Below, piece by piece: positions 14,255 to 28,527 of a stretch of DNA of 64,000 nt. Positions within the stretch are counted from its first letter, which is position 1. The number at the start of each line of letters is the position of its first letter. Source of the DNA: Octopus sinensis (lineage: Eukaryota); assembly GCF_006345805.1 (NCBI RefSeq), contig NC_042999.1, forward strand, positions 143,344,001 to 143,408,000, written 5' to 3'. The notes under the pieces were generated by a model. It worked only from the letters and a program-made list of their open reading frames with translations, did not search any database and was not told where the DNA came from. The translations under genes and the position numbers were made by a program.

Positions 14255-14325
14255 TTAAAGGATTACTTCAGGTGCTGCTATTAAGTTAGATATGGACTAG
14301 TCCGATATTGGCCAAAACTTAAGTC
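14255..14325 (+). mobile_element. Short 3' UTR remnant of the same LINE
   Basis: tcaggtgctgctattaagttagatatggact matches tcaggtggtgctattaagttagacatggcct at ~49367-49397. Confidence 0.6.
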
Positions 14326-14884
14326 ATCGATGTTATAATGATATTTTTTGATATAAGTACAAGGCCAGCAAATTAGAGTGAAGTGTTTACTTGATTACAT
14401 CAAACCCAATTATTGACTGGTACTTTATTTTATCAATCGACGAGGATTGAAAGGCAAAATTGATCTACTCAGTATTTGAACTCAGAACGTAAAAGAACGT
14501 AACTCAACGCTCTACCGAACAACAGCCACGACAACAACAACGACTAGCACTTGAAAAACTGCCGATAACTTGTGGATACCTAAAGTTACAGGTAGTAACC
14601 CGCTACCCAGATAAATTCTACGAAGAATAAGATCGAATCTGGGCCAAATCAAAGTAATAATAATTATGATTTCAAATTTTGGCACAAGACAGGTAGCTTC
14701 GAGGGAGGGTGTAAGTTGATTACATCGACTGGTACTTATTTTATCGACTCCAAAAGGATGAAAGGCAAAGTCGACCTCGGTGGAATTTGAACTCAGAACG
14801 TGAAGATGAACGAAATGCTGCTAAGCATTTGCCCGTCGTGCTAACGTTTCTGCCAGCTCGCCGCCCTAGATAATAATAATAATA

Positions 14885-14922
<38 letters not shown>

Positions 14923-14949
14923 TAATAATAATAATAATAATAATGGTTT

Positions 14950-15342
14950 CAAATGTTGCCACAAGGGCAGCTACTTTGGGGGAGGAGATGAGTCGATTAC
15001 ATTGACCTCAAAGTTTCACTGGTACTTAATTTATCAATCCCGAAAGGATGAAAGGCAAGGTCGACCTCAGCGGAATTTGAACTCAGAACGTAGCGACAGA
15101 CGAAATACCTATTTCTTTATTACCCACAAGGGGCTAAACACAGAGGGGACAAACAAGGACAGACATAGGTATTAAGTCAATTACATCGACCCCAGTGCAT
15201 AACTGGTACTTAATCTATCGACCCCGAAAGGATGAAAGGCAAAGTCGACCTCGGCGGAAATTGAACTCACAACGTAACGACAGACGAAATACCGCTAAGC
15301 ATTTCGCCCGGCGCGCTAACGTTTCTGCCAGCTCGCCGCCTC
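14950..15342 (-). mobile_element. SINE-A dimer (full monomer + head-truncated monomer)
   Basis: Head ggcggcgagctggcagaaacgttag, B-box-like gtgagttcaatttcc, core ggtcgactttgcctttcatcctttcggggtcga present twice, junction gtgggtaataaagaaataggtatttcgtc. Confidence 0.9.
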
Positions 15343-15354
15343 AATAATAATAAT

Positions 15355-15411
<57 letters not shown>

Positions 15412-16049
15412 CTAATGCTAATAATGAAAGGAGTGTGCAACTAGCGGTAACAACTGTCTATTTGGTGTCGAGTTGAAGTCTGCCAAACATTAAGTGGGAT
15501 AATCTGTTAGGGGGAAAATAAATACAAAATAATTTTAAAAAAAAGAGAAAACGGAAAAGAAACTCAGGTGGAACTCCTTAGAGAGATTATTCAATGAAAT
15601 GACGTCGGCTTTGACGTTTGCAAAAACGAATGGAGCAAACGACAGGAGTGAGGGTGTGTATGGGGTCGGGTGAGGCTGTTGTTGATAGTGGAAGAGTAAC
15701 AGGTAGCAGTTTTGTACAGTGCAGTCGGTAGTTGGTAATGGAAGCAGTGGTGTTGGTGATGGTAGTGTTAGTGATGGTGGCGGTGGCGGTGGCGATGGAG
15801 GTGTTGATGATGGTGATGTTGGTTTTGATGACAAGTTGTTTCAAGATGGCCGCACTATGACCATTTCCAAATTATTATTTCACTTCACATTTTGGTACAG
15901 TTCTATGTGAAGGAGATTTGGTCGTCGTTTCATGCGGATTGAGTGACCACATGATGATCCTTTCAGTTGTTGTTGTTATTGGTGGTGGTAGAGGGGGTGG
16001 CGGTGGTGGGGGTGACGGTAAAATCGTTAGCATTGTTTAATCCCAGTCA

Positions 16050-17085
16050 GGTCTGAGAGATCCTACCTCTGATCATAGGTATTTCAACAGCGACTGTCTC
16101 ATCACTTTCCTAGGCAGAGGGCTCGCAGGTCTACTATCATTTAGTATGCAGAACGCCTCTTTTTCTAGCCATATTGTTGATATCCAATGCGCCCACATTT
16201 CTTATTTCTGAGGACTGTTAGGTGCATGTAAGAATCTATAATCCGGCTACAAGGGCTGTAAATTACTCAGTTCATCATAAATGTTTTCTTTTGCCATAAG
16301 CTTTACATTACATCTGTAGGGTAGCCGAAGTCTCTCTAGCGGTTGCTTTTTTTACGTTATTGGGGCGAAAAGGTTTAAGGCATTTTCAGTTACGTAAAGG
16401 GCCAAATAAGGTGGGGTTAATGGGTTTACCTCAGCCTTTGTCAGATGCAATTAAGGTATTTAGAAAAGAATATATTAAGAATGTGATACAGACCTAAAAC
16501 TATTCGAATTGAACTTTTGTCTCTGTTTACACCGCATTGTCTAATATAGATTCTATCAGTATCACAGGTGGTAGTTATCAGTGGGGTTAATAGCTTCCTA
16601 ATCTTGATGAGTAATATCTTCAAGTATCCAGTCTAGTATCCCTGACACAGCAAAAGCGTTATAACATGTGGCATTACTGAATGTGGACTATTCAGACTTC
16701 AATACCTTCTGAAGCATACTGAATGGTTCTTTTTGTTAATCTACCTTTACTCGCAACCCCCACGTGTACACTATTCACATGAAATACTTGTAGTATTCAT
16801 AACTGAAAATGGTAGGATAGAAAGGCCATTGGTGTCCTTATTCCTCATCTGATCAACAATTATTTTTCGGTTGACGATCAGATGGGAACATTTATTTTGG
16901 TGAACCTCCATTTCTGTATCTCGTAAGATTGTTGTGACAAGCTGCAACTGTTCCTTGCTGTCATCATTAATACCTGAATACAGTTTCAGGTCACCAAAAA
17001 GATAATAAAATAAAGAAAAAACAAAAACAAAAACAAAAGTGGTATATGTGACAATAATTTTTCTCCTCTCAACAGATCTTAACAT
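16050..17085 (-). pseudogene. Decayed gene for a type II membrane protein, possibly a Golgi glycosyltransferase
   Basis: ORF 16771-17085 begins MLRSVERRK, then a non-microsatellite hydrophobic anchor IIVTYTTFVFVFVFSLFYYLF and a stem. A pyrimidine-rich AG acceptor lies ~75 nt upstream of the ATG. About 700 nt of unique sequence with multiple stops follows. Family not established. Confidence 0.4.
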
Positions 17086-17341
17086 GTAGCCTTAATATTT
17101 GATCAACACGTGGTGTTAATATTTCTTCTGCATGCTGTATGCTTTTAGATTTCCTCCAACTGGTAGATAAAATCTAAAGCAACGATCAGAAGATCAGCTG
17201 ATCGAAATTTGGGGATAATATAGACATCACAGGCTAGAATGGATTTCGTCTTTAAAGCAAAATAGCAAAATTAATGGTCACGTTTCAATCGTATCATACC
17301 TCCTCAACGGCCATCTACTCAGATGGCCGGATTAAGAGTGA

Positions 17342-17382
<41 letters not shown>

Positions 17383-17455
17383 TATATATGTGTATGTGTG
17401 TGTGTGTGTGGTGTGTGTGTGTGCATATGTATGCATATATATGTCTCTCTCTCTC

Positions 17456-17487
<32 letters not shown>

Positions 17488-17611
17488 ATTTGTGGGATAT
17501 ATATAATGACGCTAATTATGAATATCAACATCAACCATGTAGCTGGAGATAATGACAATCACAATATCTGTAGTAGTAGTTGAAGAAGAAGAAGAAGAAG
17601 TAGTAGTAGTG

Positions 17612-17647
<36 letters not shown>

Positions 17648-17651
17648 TCAT

Positions 17652-17682
<31 letters not shown>

Positions 17683-18516
17683 AGCAGCAGTAGCAATAGA
17701 AATGGCAATAGTAATTATTTGTGTTGGTAATGGAGATGGTAACTGTAGTGGTAGCAGTGATAAGGATAACTGCGGTGAAAATGGCGGCGGTGGCGGTGCT
17801 GCAGCTATTAATGGTGTCAGCAATGGTGCTATGTAATAAGTAATGACACGCGATGGTAACATAGGTGGTTGCAGTTCTAGCGGCGACGGCGGCGGTGCTG
17901 GTAGTAGTGGTGGTGTTGACAATAGCAACAAAGCCATTGGTAGTTGTAGTGGTGGTGGTAGTTGTAGTGGTACAGATGATAACAAAGGTTGTGGTCGTTG
18001 CAGTGGTGATGGTGGTGGTGGTGGTGGTGGTGGTGGTAGTGATGTTAACAGAGTTGGAAGTGGTCTTGACGATAGTAGTGGATAGTCGTGGTATGATGGT
18101 GGTGGTGGAAGAGGTAATTATGTTTGTTTTGACTGAGACAAAGTTGATGGCGGCGGCGGTATTGGTCGTTTTGGTGGGGATAATAGTAAATATGGTGTGT
18201 TGGTTGTTGCGACGAGGATGATGGCGATGGAGTAAGGGCAGGTAACAGAGCTGATGATACTGGCAATTATAATGGAGATGGGGGATGAAGGAAAGGCAGG
18301 TAACAGAGTTGATGGTATGATGGCAATTATGGAAATGTTAACGATGGTGGCGTTGCTGGTACTGTTATGGTGCTGGTAGTAGTATTGATGGTGGTGATGT
18401 TAGTGGTGGTTTAGTAACAGTGGTAGCATGGAGATCGTGGTGGTCGTTTGTAGCAGCTGTGATGCAGTAGCCGTAAATGCGTGGGACGCATTAGAAACAG
18501 AGAAAGAGTAAGAGTA

Positions 18517-18553
<37 letters not shown>

Positions 18554-19775
18554 AAGAGAAAGAGAGATTATGTATGTGAGAGAGAGAGAGAGAGAAAGAG
18601 AAAGAGAGATTATGTATGTGAGTGAGACAGAGAGAAAGAGAAAGAGAGATTATGTATGTGTGAGAGAGAGAGAGAGAAATAGGAGCTAGAGAGAAAGAGA
18701 GGGAGAAAAAACGAGGAGGAGGGAGAGAAAAAGAGGAGAAGAAAGAGAAAGAGGGAAGTTAAAAAAATGAATTAGGAGTGGGGGTGGTGGTGGGGTTGTT
18801 GATGAGGACAGAGAAAAGCTGTATATTGATTAATTGATATTCATGGACAGGTGAAGGTTTTGTTTCCGCGATAGTCCGGATGGATGTGTGTATATGCTGC
18901 GTGCTGTATTCAGGTGTAAATTTATGTGTATGCGTATGCACACACACACACATAACATACACGCACAAGACACACACGCACACGCATGCACACACATCAT
19001 ACATACACACATATATACCATGTGTGCATATGTTTATGTGGAGTAAAAGAGGGAGAGACATGAAGGACTAGGGATTAAGAGTAAAAGTGATTGAAACAGA
19101 GCCAGAGAAGCGATGGTAAATATTTTAAGAGAAAGAGAAGAGTGAAAAAAAGAAAGAAAGAGAGAGAGAGAGAGGGGGGAGGGAGAAAGAGAGCGACAAA
19201 CAGGACAGACAGATAGACAAAGATATATTCAATCAGAGGCACAAATGCAGAGAAAAGCTTCCAGGAGGATGCGTATGCAAACTTCATTTGTGTGTATAAA
19301 TAGGCAGCATAATACATATGCTTACGTGCATACATGCATATGCACAGGTACATTTCAGCACAAACACGCGTGTACGTATTTATATATGTATATATGTGAG
19401 TGTATGCATGTAAGTTTGTATGTGCGTATGTGTGTATATGTATGTAAGTATGTATGAATGTAGGTAGATAGGCAGACTTGCAGGTAATTCTGGGCCCTCA
19501 GTCACTTATGTAGCTTCACAACAAATAAAAAGAGTACACACATTCATTTTAGCTTTATTTCTCTCGTTTGTACTACCAAATCTACATAACGAATACGAAT
19601 ATTACACACGTACACATACATATACAAGCATCAACGTATGTTTAAGATCGCTTCGTAACTGCGTGCAGCCGAGTCTGATCTCCTTGTGTGGTACCTTAAA
19701 CAAGTTTTTCAACCGCAACAATTTTGTAGGTGGAAATTATGCAGAAGCGTATTGTATATTATATAAAGATCAAAA

Positions 19776-20006
19776 GTTCTTCTGAACCACAGGATCATAG
19801 GGCCGGTTCTCTTGGATTCTGCGGCGCATGTATATTCCCCAACTTCTGGTCAGGACATTGCTACGTCGCAAGATGACCCATTTTTAACAGCAGAGTGAAA
19901 TAAAGAGTTTTGCTCAAGAGCACAACACTTTGCCCGGTCTAGGAATCGAAATCACGTTCTTACGATCGCGAGCGCAATATCCTAACCATTAAACCACATC
20001 GTCTCC
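19776..20006 (-). mobile_element. tRNA-derived SINE type F (body2 + tail1), older
   Basis: Body gtgctcttgagcaaaactctttatttcac matches type E; tail ccaagagaaccggccctatgatcc matches type C. Confidence 0.7.
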
Positions 20007-20014
20007 TGATATAT

Positions 20015-20398
20015 TATTCGTGGTATTCTGTCGGTTATCACGACGAGGGTTCCAGTTGATCCGATCAACGGAACAGTGTGCTCGTGAAATTAGCGTGCAA
20101 GTGGCTGAGCACTCCACAGACACGTGTACTCTTAACGTAGTTCTCGGGGAGATTCAGTGTGATACAGAGTGTGACGAGGCTGGCCCTTTGAAATACAGGT
20201 ACAACAGAAACAGGAAGAAAGAGTGAGAAAAAGTTGTGGTGAAAGAGTACAGCAGGGTTCACCACCACCCCCTGCTTAAGCTCGTGGAGCTTTAGATGTT
20301 TTCGCTCAATAAACACTCACAACGCCCTGTCTGGGAATCGAAACCTACGACCACGAATCCCTAACTACTGCCCTAACTACTGGGCCATTGCACCTCCA
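20015..20398 (-). mobile_element. tRNA-derived SINE type D (body1 + tail2)
   Basis: Head and body align to type C; the 3' part aligns to type E (gtatttcaaagggccagcc..gagaactacgttaag). Confidence 0.85.
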
Positions 20399-21348
20399 CT
20401 TATATATTATATTCAAGTATGTATATATGTGTATCATGTAGATCTGTGTTGTGTCCTTTCATATTCCGTAACTTGGTGGTATTACCAATGGCAGAATCGT
20501 TAGCACGTCGGGCGAAATGCTTAGCGGTATTTCGTCTGCGTTACGTTGTGAGTTCAAATTCCGCCGAGGTCGACTTTGCCTTTCATCCTTTCGGGGTCGA
20601 TAAATTAAGTACCAGTTACGCACTGGGGTCGATGTAATCGACTTAATACCTATGTCTGTCCTGTTTGTCCCCTCTGTGTTTAGCTCCTTGTGGGTAATAA
20701 AGAAATTGGTATTACCAATATAAGTACCTGGCCAAAATATGTAGTGTGGTCGATGAGATCGACTAAACCCCGAAGGCGGCATGCCAACATAGGTGGACTC
20801 CGTTGGCTGAATCACATACAAGTGGGTATATGTATCTATGTACATACATATACAACTACACACACACACTCACAGACACACACACACGTACCTACATACA
20901 TACATACATACCTACCTACTTACATATATATATATATGTGGTTATATGTATGTGTGTATGTGTGAGTGTGTATGCGTAGAGTACTTATAAGAAAATGAAA
21001 AAGGGAATGATGCAGATATGTATATTAAGATGTTACAAATGCAAAAAAAAAAGAAAGAAAGAAAAAAGAGCTGCAACAATCACACAGACAAGATCACCAT
21101 TGTCATCCACCATGACTACGACCACGACCACCACCAACAAAAACAAATTTAGCGATTAACTAATCACTTCTACCGCTCCCACCAACCACCGCCAACAAAT
21201 ATGATAATTTCAATCGCATAAGGTGAAGCAAGGACATGACCGTTGGCTTTCAAGCAAGGACAGATCAATAGTGAAGATGAAGGTCACTGCAAGGTGGCTT
21301 ACTACTTCATTTGTTATTTATGGTGGATGCTTTTCTTATTTTCCTACC

Positions 21349-21447
<99 letters not shown>

Positions 21448-21478
21448 CATTATCATCATATTATTATTATTATTATTA

Positions 21479-21514
<36 letters not shown>

Positions 21515-21780
21515 GTTTCCTGCGTCGTGTATTAGTCACGGTAATTGCGAGATTTTAATAATTTTACTGTAATTTCTGGTTGATGTTACGTTTGTTTATT
21601 ATTGTCATTTGTCTCTTGAACGATTAATATTTCAAAATATTGGCAGATGAGGGTCGAAGGTGATACTAGTTAACTGAGATTGTTGTCGATCAGATAGGAG
21701 TTTGTAAAGTAAATAGCTACCTCGTATTTCCAAACCTCTTAAAAAAGCAACAAAAGATACTAAGAGGATCACTCTCAAAA

Positions 21781-21875
<95 letters not shown>

Positions 21876-21976
21876 TTATTGATTATCGATTCATCATATC
21901 GCCCCTTTCATTCTTTCGCTGTCCCTGTCTGCCTGTCTATCTGCCTGCCTGCCTGCTTGTCCGTCTGTCTGTCTCT

Positions 21977-22046
<70 letters not shown>

Positions 22047-22617
22047 ATATTTATATATCTACAGGCACATATTAAGAAAAAAAGAGTGAAAGGGAGATTG
22101 TATGTGAGTGTGTCAGGTCGCTTAGTTACAGGATCGGGTTGCAGGCGACTGACTGGGACTCCTACCAGGTTAGTATGTTGGAAAGGATTCTTAGAATCCT
22201 AGTTTGTCAAAAAGAAGACCTCTCAAAAGGACGAATGAACTAAATATTCAGTTAACGGTTATCAAAGAATACAGTATGCTGAGTCATAGAAATACTCGAG
22301 CTGCTAAACAAGAATGGTATACGTTATTTAGTGTGGAGTGATGGAGTCCTAGTTTCTGTTAGAACATTTAAGTAAGGGATCGACTCGAACTCCTTAATGT
22401 GCTGGGGGAGACCTATTAGGGTGAAAAAAAAATCTCTGAATTAAAATCCTAGCAGTCATCCGGGTCCACTCGATAAGAAAATATTAAAAGACTGAATACT
22501 CTGATTAGTTTTGAGCGATTGATACGGTGCAGTTGTTTCCTTATTTTGTGATATTTGAAACTCTTTGCTTACTCAAAAACTAGACTGGTTGCATTGCACG
22601 CTTAACAGACTCTAAAC

Positions 22618-22852
22618 TAGTGACTCTCAACCGTTTTTTTTTTGCCTTTGATTCCTACTTGACTTTGGTGAATTACCATAGCCATTTGCTATTTAAAATA
22701 TCCTTTTATATTTTAATATTAAAATATTATTACGGGTTGTATTTAAGATAATTGTCAAAATATTTTGTGTATTGTAGAAGTAAAACAGATTTGTTTTACA
22801 TGAATTTTATCAACAAAGTTTCATATGGATTCCCAAGGGTCATATGGACCCT
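22618..22852 (+). mobile_element. Possible hAT-type MITE remnant
   Basis: tagtgactctcaaccgttttt resembles the CAGTGGTTCTCAACC-type hAT terminus; gggtc-atatg-gaccc hairpin; no matching right end found. Confidence 0.3.
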
Positions 22853-23089
22853 ACTCTATGCAAACTGACTCACAGGAAACTTTTGATAATGTAGCAGCCT
22901 GATGTTTTTTTCTATATACATTCAATAAAGTGCTTTGCTTAATAGTAAGCTTGAAGGATGTTTTTCAGATCTAGAAGTCGTTAGGGGTAGTGACACAAAA
23001 AGAGCGTGGTGGAACTCAAAATCCACTGTCAGCTATCTCAAGTACATACGTACATATTTATGAACGCATCACACATACACACATATGTG

Positions 23090-23372
23090 ATACGATCAAC
23101 AGAACAGCTGATACGATCAACGGAACAGCTTGCTCGTGAAATTAACGTGCTCAGCACATGTGTATCCTTAACGTAGTTCTCAAGGAGATTCAGCGTGACA
23201 CAGAGTGTGACAAGGCTGGCCATTTGAAATACGGGAACTATTCATTTTTGCCAGCTGAGTGGACTGGAGCAACGTGAAATAAAGTGTCTTGCTCAAAGAC
23301 ACAACGCATCGCCAGGAATTGAACTCACGACCTTACGAGCAGAATGCCCTGACCACTAAGCCACGCGCCTTC
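23090..23372 (-). mobile_element. tRNA-derived SINE type E (body2 + tail2)
   Basis: Head gaaggcgcgtggcttagtggtcaggg..gagttcaattcc; body gtgtctttgagcaagacactttatttcacgttgctccagtccactcagctgg; tail shared with type D. Confidence 0.85.
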
Positions 23373-23930
23373 ACTGTGATATATGCACATATATTTATAA
23401 ATATAAATCGTGCTTATACACATGCGTACATACATTTATATAAACATGATACATATGCACATCGTATATATATATATATATTATATATATATATATATAT
23501 AATATTAGCAGAAAGGAGGAATTTCGATTATCCCCACGTGGTGAGTTGTAATAATAAGAAATTTAAAAAGGAAAATACACACACTTTACATAGTTTTAAT
23601 ATAATTTTTAATATATCGACCGGTTTCGCTTTCGCTATTCATGATATTATGGTTTACTTATTTGAATATGTATTTTCTTAAGAAGAAATTTTGTCCATGT
23701 TGTGTGTGATGATATTTACGAGTGAATGACTGCATATTTTTCTACATGTGCAGTCATTCACCATCGACTCCAGTACTTGACTGGTACTTTATTTTATTGA
23801 CTTCGACAGGGTAGAAAGCAAAGTTGACCTCTGTTGGATTTGGAATCAGAATGTACCGAGCTGGAAGAAATACCATAACGTATTTCTTCCGATCCTCTAA
23901 CACTTTTGCTACCTTTCCGTCCTAAATAAT

Positions 23931-24315
23931 ATTCTTTAACTTGTTTCAGTCATTTGACTGCAGCCATGCTGGAGCACCGTCTTTATTCGAACAAATCGAC
24001 CTCAGGACTTATTCTTTGTAAACCTAGTACTTAGTCTATCGGTCTCTTTGCCGAACTGCTAAGTAACGAGAACATAAACACACCAACGTCGGTTGTCAAG
24101 CGACAGTGAAGGGACAAACACAGACACAGACACAGATACACACACACACACACATATGTATATGATTGGCTTCTTTCAGTTTCCTTCTACCAAATCCACT
24201 CACAAGGCTTTGGTTGGCCCGAGGCTACAGTGCCCAAGGTGCCACTCAATGGGACTGAATCTAGAACCATGTGTTGGGAAGCGAGCTTCTTACCACACTG
24301 CCACGCTTGCGCCTA
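23931..24315 (-). mobile_element. SINE-B (tRNA head, CORE-like ccttgggcaagt-type block, internal microsatellite, tail tgactgaaacaagt)
   Basis: Full-length copy. The CORE-SINE-like assignment comes from memory of the CORE consensus. Confidence 0.85.
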
Positions 24316-24915
24316 TAGCTCCTAATTTAGGCACAAGGACAATAATTTTAAGAGTGAGGGGGTTAATCTATACCATTGACTTCAGTACTTCACTTGTACT
24401 CTATTTCATCAACCCTTTAGAGGACGAAAAACAACAGAACGTAGAGATCAATAGCAAATACTGCAAGGCATTTCTTCTCCACCCTAACAGTCTACTGTCT
24501 TTCAGTTGTAGCAGTGATAATGAGGATGATGATGATGATAAACAAGAAAAATAACAAAGAATACAAAAAAAAATGGGTAAATAAGAAAAAAATGCAATAA
24601 AGAAAAGAAATTTTGTTTTTGGTCTGATTTCTTTTTTTATGACTTCGTTTTACATTTTTCATGTTTTATTAATTAGGTGACAGTTTGGGATTTTCTCATA
24701 GAACGTTCTGGTTGTTCTCAAGACAATCGCGGAAATTGTCAAAAGATTGTGACTATTTTCAGATCATTTCAAAAGAATTGGAACTTTGGCTCATTTAATA
24801 ATTTCCAAATTCATGTTTATGGGATGAGAAATGTTGATAGTGGCTGAGAAAGTGGATAATGAAGGTTAAAAGAAATAACAAAAAAATAGGAGAAAAAACG
24901 TTGAAAGCAGACAAA

Positions 24916-24954
<39 letters not shown>

Positions 24955-25115
24955 AAGAGAGTGAGATAAGGAAAGAAAGTAAAATCGAAAGAGAATAACT
25001 TTCTGTACCTCCCGTTGTGTAATCTTTTGTTTGCTGTGTTTATATTCTCCTGTGATTGAGGATAGGCGGCAGATTTGGCGAAAAAGAGCAATGCTTTATT
25101 GTACTCAAGTGTATA

Positions 25116-25163
<48 letters not shown>

Positions 25164-25198
25164 TATATTATATATATATATATATATACATATATATA

Positions 25199-25233
<35 letters not shown>

Positions 25234-25260
25234 TATATATATATATACATATATATATAC

Positions 25261-25291
<31 letters not shown>

Positions 25292-25293
25292 CG

Positions 25294-25342
<49 letters not shown>

Positions 25343-26507
25343 AACATACACTCATATATATATATACCTACATACATACAAACATACACATATAATGTTT
25401 GTTTGTTTATATGTCTATGTGCGTATGTATGCATATTATCTACACTTGGGCACAATTCATGTGAAAGTGTAAGTGGTGTGAGTATGTATGCACATATGTG
25501 TGTGTGCATGTGTGTGAGTGATGGTGGTGGTGGTGTGCATGTGTGTGTGTGTGTGTATGCATACTTTATTTTCATTTGAAGTTTATATGTGTATGAGAAC
25601 GTTTTTGTCAGATTGTGTTTATATATATATATATATATATATACATAGATGCATGCTTACGTATATTTTCATACATTTACACACATATAGACGTATTACG
25701 CATACATTTATTCATACACACACCCACAGCACACATACACACGCATTCACATTGTATGTCCAATGTCATTCATACACAAATCGTTCAGATCCGTTATTTT
25801 GCTGCTTGTCAACTCGGAGGCCTCAAAGCAATGTAAAAGTAATGTAGAGATTTGAATCTATTTTATAAAGGTATTTTCATAATTTCACAAAACTGAATAG
25901 GATTTTATATTGCGAGGAGAATCGATTTATGCCAAATTAGACTATCACCGGTTACCTTTGACCCTCGTAGCCTTTGTTGTTGTTATCATAGTTTATTTAG
26001 CTCCAATTCAACGATCAGCTCTATATAACCAAAAGCATTTAAATTATATCTGTCCTGTTTTGTTAGACTGGAATTTGGCACCTTAGACTACAGTACCCAA
26101 TACATCCTCCCTGTCTAAGAGTTTAGGGTGAAGTTTTGAGAAAATTTTTGTTGCTATTTCTAGTAGATCAAACTCCCTTGCTGAGTCTATTAGTGTTCTT
26201 TCTGTTGCTTATGAATAATTGAATTTAAAATTACACGTTTTATCGTGCACAGAGTCTCCTTTATAAGTGTGTTTATCAGCGTACATGTTTTGAAATTTGC
26301 TTTTACTTTTTATTTTTATTTTACTTGTTCCAGTCGTTTGACAACGGCCATGCTGGGGCACCACCTTGGCGGGTTTTAGTCGATCAAATCTACTCTAAGA
26401 CTTATTTTTTAAAGCCTAGTACTTATTCTATCGATCTCTTATGCCGAGCCGCTAATTTCGGGGACGTAAACACACCACCATCGGTTGTCAAGCGGTAGTG
26501 GTGGGGG

Positions 26508-26597
26508 CGAACACAGACATGGAGACACACACTCATAGATACACACACACACGTATATGTATATATCTATGAGTGTGTGTCTCCATGTCTGTGTTCG
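26508..26597. repeat. Perfect 34-bp inverted duplication inside a SINE-B copy
   Basis: 26508-26541 is the exact revcomp of 26564-26597; 22-nt CA/TA spacer. Confidence 0.95.
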
Positions 26598-26610
26598 GAC
26601 CCCACCGTCG

Positions 26611-26678
<68 letters not shown>

Positions 26679-26679
26679 G

Positions 26680-26726
<47 letters not shown>

Positions 26727-26865
26727 GTATATGTATATGTATATGGTATGTATATGTATATATATATGTATATGTATATATATATTATATATATAATATA
26801 TATATATATATTATATATATATATATATGTATATGTATATGTGTATGTATATGTATATGTATATG

Positions 26866-26912
<47 letters not shown>

Positions 26913-27955
26913 GAGTGGCTTCTTTCAGTTTCCGTCTACCAAATCCACTCACAAAGCTTTGGTCAGCCCGAGGCTATAGCAGAAGGCACTGGCTCACTGT
27001 CATTCAGTGAGACTGAACCCGGAACCATATGGTTGAGAAGCAAGCTTCTTACTACACAGCCATGCCTGCGCTTGTATACTATTTTGCATTTCCTAATGTT
27101 AAATTTTGTTTACATAAGGATTGAATCACAATTTAATTACAAGGAAACAAAGAAAAGGAAAAAAACAAAAATTCTCCCTATTTGGATAATGTTGCTGTTG
27201 CCGCTTTTATCGGTGGATCAGCAGAATCGTTAGGGAATGGGTCAAAATAATTTGCCACTTTTAGATTCAGCTCTTTACATACTGAATTTAATCCTGCCGA
27301 GGTCTCAACTTTACCTGTCAATCTTCCGAGGTCGATAAATTGAATAGCTTGTGAAATACTGTGGTTGGAATAATCAGCTGTTTCAACCCGTGTCAAAAGA
27401 ATTTCCGGTCATACGCCTAAGTCAGAAATTGTTATTTTCAGCACCACACCCACCATGAACAGCAACAACAACTATGAAGCAGTCTACTGGTAGTCGCTGG
27501 AGACTGCTTTGTAGTTACTGCTGCGATTTAGAAAAGAAAGTTACGTTGTATAATGTGGTCAATGGTACATTGTACCTAAGAAAAGGGCAGGATGTTCATG
27601 GCTGGAATGCATTTGATTATTGGTCTACTTGATCACAACTGACCTGAAATTAATCTACAACAATAACTGAAGGTAGATGTGTACATGTCACTGAACTTTT
27701 ACTCTAAAAACTGTGACAGATGTATTGGTGTTTATTCATCACGAAGACTGAAAGCTCTTCTTGACTTTGTCGATTGTTCTGGAGACGCCATACAGCCGCC
27801 ACCGTCGCCGACGACGACGTAACTACCGTCATCATCTCCACACAAGAATTTCCCTCATCAATATCACTGTCATGGCTACCTATCATTCTATCGTTTATCT
27901 CTACCACCAACGCAGTCACATTCACGTTCAGTGCCACCTCCATCATCAACGTATT

Positions 27956-28029
<74 letters not shown>

Positions 28030-28030
28030 A

Positions 28031-28091
<61 letters not shown>

Positions 28092-28488
28092 CACACATTT
28101 CATTTATTAGCTACTAGCACACCGTTTACCACAACTGGAGCTAACTGGAACTAGAAGCAATATTCCAGCATTGACCACTCTCACTACCACCAATGCCACC
28201 ACCACCACCACTACCAACACCACCAACACCAACAACACCACCACCACCACTGCCACCACTGACACTATTACTTCCACCACCTTTCATAACTAGTTCCTCC
28301 CCCTCTCCCACTACTACCTTCACCATCTCTATCAATTACTTCTACGTTTAAACAAATATAATAGAATCAAGCGCTGCGTATTTAAACGTATACAACACAC
28401 CTCTGTTGATCTAGAAATATGCCATACTAAAGTGAAGCAAACAGTGGGAGAGGGAGAGGGAGAGTGAGAGAGAAAGAGAAAGAGAGAA

Positions 28489-28527
<39 letters not shown>

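Noticed and set aside
15901-15965. SUEL-lectin-like exon LCEGDLVVVSCG
   Set aside because: It runs into GGT low-complexity sequence and lacks the A.YGR motif.
17512-18266. Long Gly/Val/Pro/Ser-rich ORFs
   Set aside because: Degenerate GGT/GAT/AGT trinucleotide tract open in nearly all frames; no splice or homology support.
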